A stretch of DNA of 64,000 bases from Macrostomum lignano (taxonomy: Eukaryota), in the NCBI GenBank assembly GCA_002269645.1, contig NIVC01000298.1, forward strand, positions 1 through 64,000. The letters run 5' to 3'. The notes under the pieces were generated by a model, which had not been told where the DNA came from, did no database searches, and saw only the letters and a list, made by a program, of their open reading frames with translations. Of the stretch, positions 50,801-58,400 are shown piece after piece. The translations under genes were made by a program, and so were the position numbers. How positions within the stretch are numbered: the first letter of the stretch is position 1; each line of letters begins with the position of its first letter.

Positions 50801-53800
50801 CAGCCTCTGCTGTCTCCCTCTCACCCTCTCTGCTGTCTCCCTCTCAGCCTCTCTGCTGTCTCCCTCTCAGCCTCTCTGCTGTCTCCCTCTCAGCCTCTGC
50901 TGTCTCCCTCTCACCCTCTCTGCTGTCTCCCTCTCAGCCTCTCTGCTGTCTCCCTCTCAGCCTCTCTGCTGTCTCCCTCTCAGCCTCTGCTGTCTCCCTC
51001 TCACCCTCTCTGCTGTCTCCCTCTCAGCCTCTCTGCTGTCTCCCTCTCAGCCTCTCTGCTGTCTCCCTCTCACCATCTCTGCTGTCTCCCTCTCACCCTC
51101 TCTGCTGTCTCCCTCTCACCCTCTGCTGTCTCCCTCTCACCCTCTGCTGTCTCCCTCTCACCCTCTCTGCTGTCTCCCTCTCACCCTCTGCTGTCTCCCT
51201 CTCACCCTCTGCTGTCTCCCTCTCAGCCTCTCTGCTGTCTCCCTCTCACCCTCTCTGCTGTCTCCCTGTCACCCTCTCTGCTGTCTCCCTCTCACCCTCT
51301 CTGCTGTCTCCCTCTCAGCCTCTCTGCTGTCTCCCTCTCACCCTCTCTGCTGTCTCCCTGTCACCCTCTCTGCTGTCTCCCTCTCAGCCTCTCTGCTGTC
51401 TCCCTCTCACCCGCTCTGCTGTCTCCCTCTCACCCTCTCTGCTGTCTCCCTCTCACCCGCTCTGCTGTCTCCCTCTCACCCGCTCTGCTGTCTCCCTCTC
51501 ACCCTCTCTGCTTTCTCCCTCTTTACTGTCTCCATCTTTCTACTGTCTCCCTCTCACCCTCTACTGTCTCTCTCGCCCCCCCTATCTGCTATCTTCCTCT
51601 CCTTCTCTATTGTCTCTCTCTAACTCTCTGCTGTCTTCCTCGCCCCCTCTCTCTACCCAGTACTTTACTTACTCTAACTCAATAAATTGACATAGACTTC
51701 ACGGTTCTATCTTCTTATACCCAGCCTTGTGTTGCATTGTTGCACCAACTTTTTAATCTCATTAAACAGATTTTTTGTCTAGTTTGTTGTGTCGCACGTC
51801 AGTTTTAACCAACATGTTGTGTTTTTTGTCGGAATTGTTGATAGATCAACAATATTAAACAGTCTTTGAATGCTGGTCATCGATATGGAGATCTACATTC
51901 ATTTGTCTGTCCTTGAAGAAGTTCAAGATGACGTGTTTTATGCGCTAAAAATAACTCTTTCGAAATTCAAAAGCATGCTCAAAAGTTTGAACTCGACAAT
52001 ACGATCAGTGCATGTGAACTATGAAGTTTTCAAAGCTTTATTAAGACAAGAATGACAACCTAAACTATGACATTTGTCTGTCTAGATCTTAAATCTCAGT
52101 GGTCCCAATCTAGCATTCCAATGATCCCCAACTCTAGAATCCCAATGATCCCCAGTTCTAGAATCCCCAATGATCCCCAGTTCTAGAATCCCCAATGATC
52201 CCCAGTTCTGCAATGACCCCGAGTTCTAGAAACCCCAAATAATCCCCAGTTCTAGAATCCCCAATGATCCCCAGTTCTAGAATCCCAGATGATCCCCAGT
52301 TCTAGAATCGCCAATGATCCCCAGTTCTAGAATCCCAATCATCACCAGTTCTAGAATCCCCAATGATCCCAAATACTAGAATCCCCAATGATCCCAAATT
52401 CTAGAATCCCAATGATCCCCAATTCTAGAATCCCCAATGATCCCCAATTCTAGAATCCCCAATGATCCCCAATTCTAGAATCCCCAATGACCCCCGAGTT
52501 CGAGAATCCCAGATGATCCCCAGTTCTAGAATCGCCAATGATCCCCAGTTCTAGAATCCCCAATGATCCCCAATTCTAGAATCCCCAATGACCCCCGAGT
52601 TCGAGAATCCCAGATGATCCCCAGTTCTAGAATCGCCAATGATCCCCAGTTCTAGAATCCCCAATGACCCCCGAGTTCGAGAATCCCAGATGATCCCCAG
52701 TTCTAGAATCGCCAATGATCCCCAGTTCTAGAATCCCCAATGATCCCCAAATTCTAGAATCCCCAATGATCCCCAATTCTAGAATCCCCAATGATCCCCT
52801 ATTCTAGAATCCCCAATGATCCCCAAATTCTAGAATCCCCAATGATCCCCTATTCTAGAATCCCCAATGATCCCCTATTCTAGAATCCCCAATGATCCCC
52901 TACTCTAAAATCCCCAATGATCCCCTATTCTGAAATCCCTAATAATCCCCAATTCTAGAATCCCCAATGATCCCCTATTCTGAAATCCCTAATAATCCCC
53001 AATTCTAGAATCCCCAATGATCCCCTATTCTGAAATCCCTAATAATCCCTAATTCTAAAATCCCAATGATCCCCTATTCTGAAATCCCTAATAATCCCCA
53101 ATTCTTGAATCCCCAATGATCCCCAGTTCTAAAATCCAAAAAACACTCGAAACAGCAAGTCACGGGCCAACAGTAGCACATAACAAATTTGTTCTAACCG
53201 TTGCAAACAGTAAAAGATCCCCAGCTAATAATTGTCCCTTTTCTCCTTCGATCGCGCTCAGAAGTCGACACGCCCCAGGCCGCCCCAGTAAGCCACACGG
53301 CGCCGTCACAGCGCGACACGCCGCCGCCGTCACCCGCCGAACGAGCGGACGACGCCGACGACGAGTCCCGACTCAAAGAAGAGGCCAGGCAATTCGCTGA
53401 GGGCGTCATGGAGCGTCAGGATGATCTGCAGCGCCACGAGCAGGAGCGAGAGGATCTTGGTAGGAGTTTTATGTGTTAATGGTTATTATTTTTTATTTAG
53501 TCAGAATCATAAATATCCCAATCCCGAAATCCCAAGTATTCCAATACTGAAATCCCAAATATCCCAATCCCGAAATCCCAAATATTCCAATTCTGAAATC
53601 CCAAATATCCCAATCCCCAAATAACAAATATCCCAATCCCGAAATCCTAAATATCCCGATTCCGAAATCCCAATTATCCCAATCCTTAATCCCCAAATAT
53701 CCCAATCCTACTAATATCCCAAAATCCCGATTTTAAAATCCAAAAATCCCTAAGGCGCCTACAATAAGAGTTCATTTTTTAATTTTAACCTCCAGACAAC

Positions 53801-55109
53801 CAGCAAGAAGGCACCCAGGATGATGGTGAGAAAGACTTTATCAATAAAAGTAATCCTTATTAATTATGCAGCTATCACACAGAGTGTCGTCTGCTCATTA
53901 AATTATTAATTTTATAAAGCACATTTTATATTCCTCTTGCTATCTTAAAAGCACTAACTACTGAATTGTTTGTACTTTCTTAAAAATATTTTAATAAAAT
54001 TCTAAATTTCTGACTTTATTATAAATAGGCTTGTTTGCACATGCATGTTTTCAATTCAGTATGCGAGTGAATTTTGATTGATTGAGTGATTGATGGATGG
54101 ATGGATGATCAATATCGAGATGTAGATACTAGACAACTTCTGCAACAGCAACAACAACAACAAGATCAACATTTTGGACGGGCTGTCTATCAAGTACCTA
54201 TTGGCATCCGGTGCTTTTGCGTCTACTAATGATGTCCAGAAGGGTGAAGAGTCGGTCAGATCTGCTCTTCTATTAGGTAAGCTCTATATACATATTTTTA
54301 TAGAAATAGTTTGTGCGTTTTTTCAATAACTAATTTTATATGCTTGCATTCTTTCAGTAGTATATATCGACTTTTCAATACTACATTATATTATATTGTT
54401 TATTTCCTATGCTACTACTAGCAGTAAACAAAATGCGCACTACCTACTCGTATGATTCCCCCGGCCCTCGCTGGCCTTGGAATTTAAATAGATTTTCTCT
54501 GCTAGTAAAATAGTTCTAAAGGTAAAACTATTTTACTTTTGTATTGCCCTTCACAATTTACAGAATCGTAGCTTATGTGGCCAGCATCTGTCTGTGCCTC
54601 AGTTCCCTGACTGTGTCTGTGAGGCCTATATGTTTTATTAACTTGAATACCGCCAATTGTTTAGAATAACTACTTACAGTAGCTTAAATAACTGTTCAAT
54701 TATAAACAGACTTGCGCCAAGATGTGTTGGGCAATTTTTTAACCTATAAAAATCTGTTCGCACTTCTTCCCAATACTTTGTGGCGTCTCCTACTGCGCGT
54801 ACACATGCATGTGCGCAGATTTAGCATTGCCTGTTCTGTCTGATTAGCTATAGAAGCTGGCTTTTTGTGTGAATAGATTATGGACACAGGCAGACAGGCA
54901 GGCAGACAGACATACAGACAGACACTAAAGACAGACTGACAGACAGACATGCAAAAAGACAGACAGACAGACAGACATGCAGCAAGACAGACAGACAGAC
55001 AGACAGACATGCAGAAAGACAGACAGACAGACAGAAGGACATGCAGAAAGACGGACAGACAGACAGACACTAAAGACAGACTGACAGACAGACAGACAGA
55101 CATGCAGAA

Positions 55110-55162
<53 letters not shown>

Positions 55163-55229
55163 GGCAGACAGACAGGCAGACAGCCAGACAGACAGACAGA
55201 CATGCAGAAAGACAGACAGACAGACAGAC

Positions 55230-55260
<31 letters not shown>

Positions 55261-55363
55261 AACAGACAGACAGGCAGACAGACAGGCAGACAGACAGAAA
55301 GACAGACAGACATGCAGAAAGACAGACAGGCAGACAGCCAGACAGACAGACAGACATGCAGAA

Positions 55364-55438
<75 letters not shown>

Positions 55439-58400
55439 GGCAGACAGACAGGCAGACAGACAGAAAGACAGACAGACATGCAGAAAGACAGACAGACAGA
55501 CAGACAGACAGGAAGACAGACAGACAGACCGACAGGCAGGCAGGCAGACAGTTCGCAAAATTCAAATTGAATTATTTGGTCAAGTGCAGTCTCTCGCCAT
55601 CAAACAAATCAAACTACCATCTATCCTGAAACCCGTTCAGTTAGCTACTTGAAATTAAATTTTAAAAGAAATTGTCGTTGTCTGCAGGTCAGTTGGTTGC
55701 CCCTTGCTTTTCCTTAAAACAGAACTGTGATTTCTTATTTTTAGTTTTCTAAATAAGCGCCCTGTTTCGTTATTTGTAGGAACTTTCTTATAAACACTGG
55801 CTAATAAATGTGTCATAGATTAGTTCGGTGATTAGCTTTGCAGTTGATGTAATCATCTTATTCATTGATCAACAGTATCCTCAAAGCCAGAGCGTCATCA
55901 TATCACGGATCTTTCGTCAGTTTTGTTTTAATTAATGTTGTTTAAAATAATATAGGTCGTTTGTAGTTTAATTTGATTGATCAAACTGAGTGAGCAATCA
56001 GTTTCTCCTATGGGAAATTAGGAATTAGAGCAACAACCACTCACAGTTTGCCGTTTTCATAGAATTAATACATAAGTAGTATGTGCCGCGAATGTTTCTT
56101 GAAAGCGATAAAACTGAAATCATATTTAGGCGACTTTAGCAAACTATATTTAGTTTGTATTCCAATGCAAGCTCTTTGGGTTTTTTTCAACTGCACTCTG
56201 TGTGCTTTGTACACTATATAAAAGTACAGCAAGCACTTTTGTTAATTTCTGCGTCACTCTATCGATTCACCTTAGTATATTGTACAGACAAATCTTATAG
56301 GCAACGTATATTGACTGAGGCAGGCTTCCTAAAGAGTTTAAAACAGTATCGTGATATCTAAACATCTTTACGCACCATCACCGAAAATATGATGCTTTTT
56401 AATTTAATTGTCTCACTTTGTAATTAGACTGAGGTAAGAGAGTGGAGTCGCGGAGGTTTAGAGGGAGGGAGAGAGGAGCAGCAGACTAGGGAGATGCGGA
56501 ACTAGACAATAAAGTTTAGAAGAGTAGACAAGGGAGATTAAGAAGAGTAGACGAGGGAGATTAAGAAGAGTAGACAAGGGAGATTAAGAAGAGTAGACAA
56601 GGGAGATTAAGAAGAGTAGACAAGGGAGATTTAAGAGGAGTAGACAAGGGAGATTAAGAAGAGTAGACAAGGGAGATTAAGAAGAGTAGACAAGGGAGAT
56701 TTAAGAGGAGTAGACAAGGGAGATTAAGAAGAGTAGACAAGGGAGATTTAAGAGGAGTAGACAAGGGAGATTAAGAAGAGTAGACGAGGGAGATTAAGAA
56801 GAGTAGACAAGGGAGATTAAGAAGAGTAGACAAGGGAGATTAAGAAGAGTAGACAAGGGAGATTTAAGAGGAGTAGACAAGGGAGATTAAGAAGAGTAGA
56901 CAAGGGAGATTAAGAAGAGTAGACAAGGGAGATTAAGAAGAGTAGACGAGGGAGATTAAGAAGAGTAGACAATGGAGATTAAGAAGAGTAGACGAGAGAG
57001 ATTAAGAAGAGTAGACAATGGAGATTCAGAAGAGTAGACGAGGGAGATTAAGAAGAGTAGACAATGGAGATTCAGAAGAGTAGACAATGAGAGATTAAGA
57101 GTAGACAAAGGAAATAAGAAGAGTAGACAAGGTATATAAATAAGAGTAGACAATGGGTATTAGAAAAAGTAGATATTAAAAGAGTAGACGGGGAGACATG
57201 ACATGGACAGGCGTGGACATTTGCATATCAGAATCTGGACCGGAGTCGAATACTGGCCGCTATTCCCTAATATGGTTCACATGGGAGTACAAGCTATGCA
57301 GTTCAAAAAGAGTAGAGCCTCCATAAACCTAAAAGACCCTGTTGTACCGGTAATATTTTGATTTTCTAGCGGAAACTACTTATAGTAGTTAAAATTTTCA
57401 AACCGATTCGTTTTTTTTCAATCAACGCAGATCATCGGCACAGCCTGACGGTGCGCCGCGAGCTGATCAGCTCCAAGCCTGCTCAGGAGTTCGTCGAAGT
57501 CTCCGACTACGAGGAGCCGCTGCCAGACGGTGGCATTGTGCGTCGTCGGATCGTCAAGCGTCGCGTAGTTCAAGAGGTCACCGAACGAATCGTGGCCGAA
57601 GGCTGCGACCCGGACATCTCCGGCGCCGTTGTCCAGGCCGATTGTCGGGGTGATGATGTCGAACGCGCCGATGATGGAGTTGATGAGGAGGTGACGGAGA
57701 CTGAGGAGGAGCTGCCCGATGGCAGTGTTGTTAAGCGCCGCGTCATCACCAGGACAAGGCGCGAGGTTGTCAGCTTGGTTGACGACGACGACGACGGCGA
57801 CGTCGAGGGAGACGGTCGGGAAGCCGATCTGCGAATTGCCGCCGATCGCATTGTTGACGACGCCATCCGGGATGCTTTGAAGGCGGTGGAAGGTAGCAGC
57901 CGGATGCCCGAGTGCTGAGCGGCTGTCTCCGCGGTTGTCTGTCTGTCTGTTTTGTTCTGTCTGTCTGTGCCTGTCTGTCAAGAAAAACGTGTGTGTCCTA
58001 AAAAATCTACCAAGGAACAATAGGAATTAGCCGTGAAAAAATAACTTTTCGCGCCTAAAATGGTTTTGTTTCCAACGTAACTCACTAGCGATGGAATGCC
58101 ATGCACCGTAGTTTAATTAGCCTACTATTAGTAGCTAAAGTTTAACAATAGTTTTCGTGTTTGTGTTTGATTATTTTACGCTAGTTTATTAGTCACTTTT
58201 GTGTTGTCATTTGTTATATTATTGCATTGGCTGCATTGGTCACCCGCCTCCCGCGTATCTAGCACATGTAGTTACCCGTATTACTTTATTAATTTATTGT
58301 GATATTACATATTTTATCCAGTTAATATTACGGTTTTATTTTGCTACACCTCACCTTTAGCAGTACTCAGATAATTATCCCATTATATTTCCCTACCCAG

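Noticed and set aside
51870-52055. 61-aa ORF as a further terminal exon
   Set aside because: Only weak AAG acceptors are in the right phase, it is AT-rich, and I recognise no homology.
54590-54615. MIR/CORE-like fragment CTGTGCCTCAGTT
   Set aside because: The match is about 13 bp, with no flanking SINE structure.
20243-55652. QTDR / VCLS-type ORFs over the CAGA/TCTG microsatellites, and ORFs 43240..43872 and 50594..51685
   Set aside because: Low-complexity repeat translations. ORF 50594..51685 is also out of phase with the upstream donors.
55670-55695. Recursive splice site (TGCAG|GTCAGT)
   Set aside because: The intron is only about 3 kb and the motif is expected by chance.
57904-57918. 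Prenylation signal at ...MPEC*
   Set aside because: The Cys is the last residue, not at -4 as in CAAX, and there is no CC/CXC motif.
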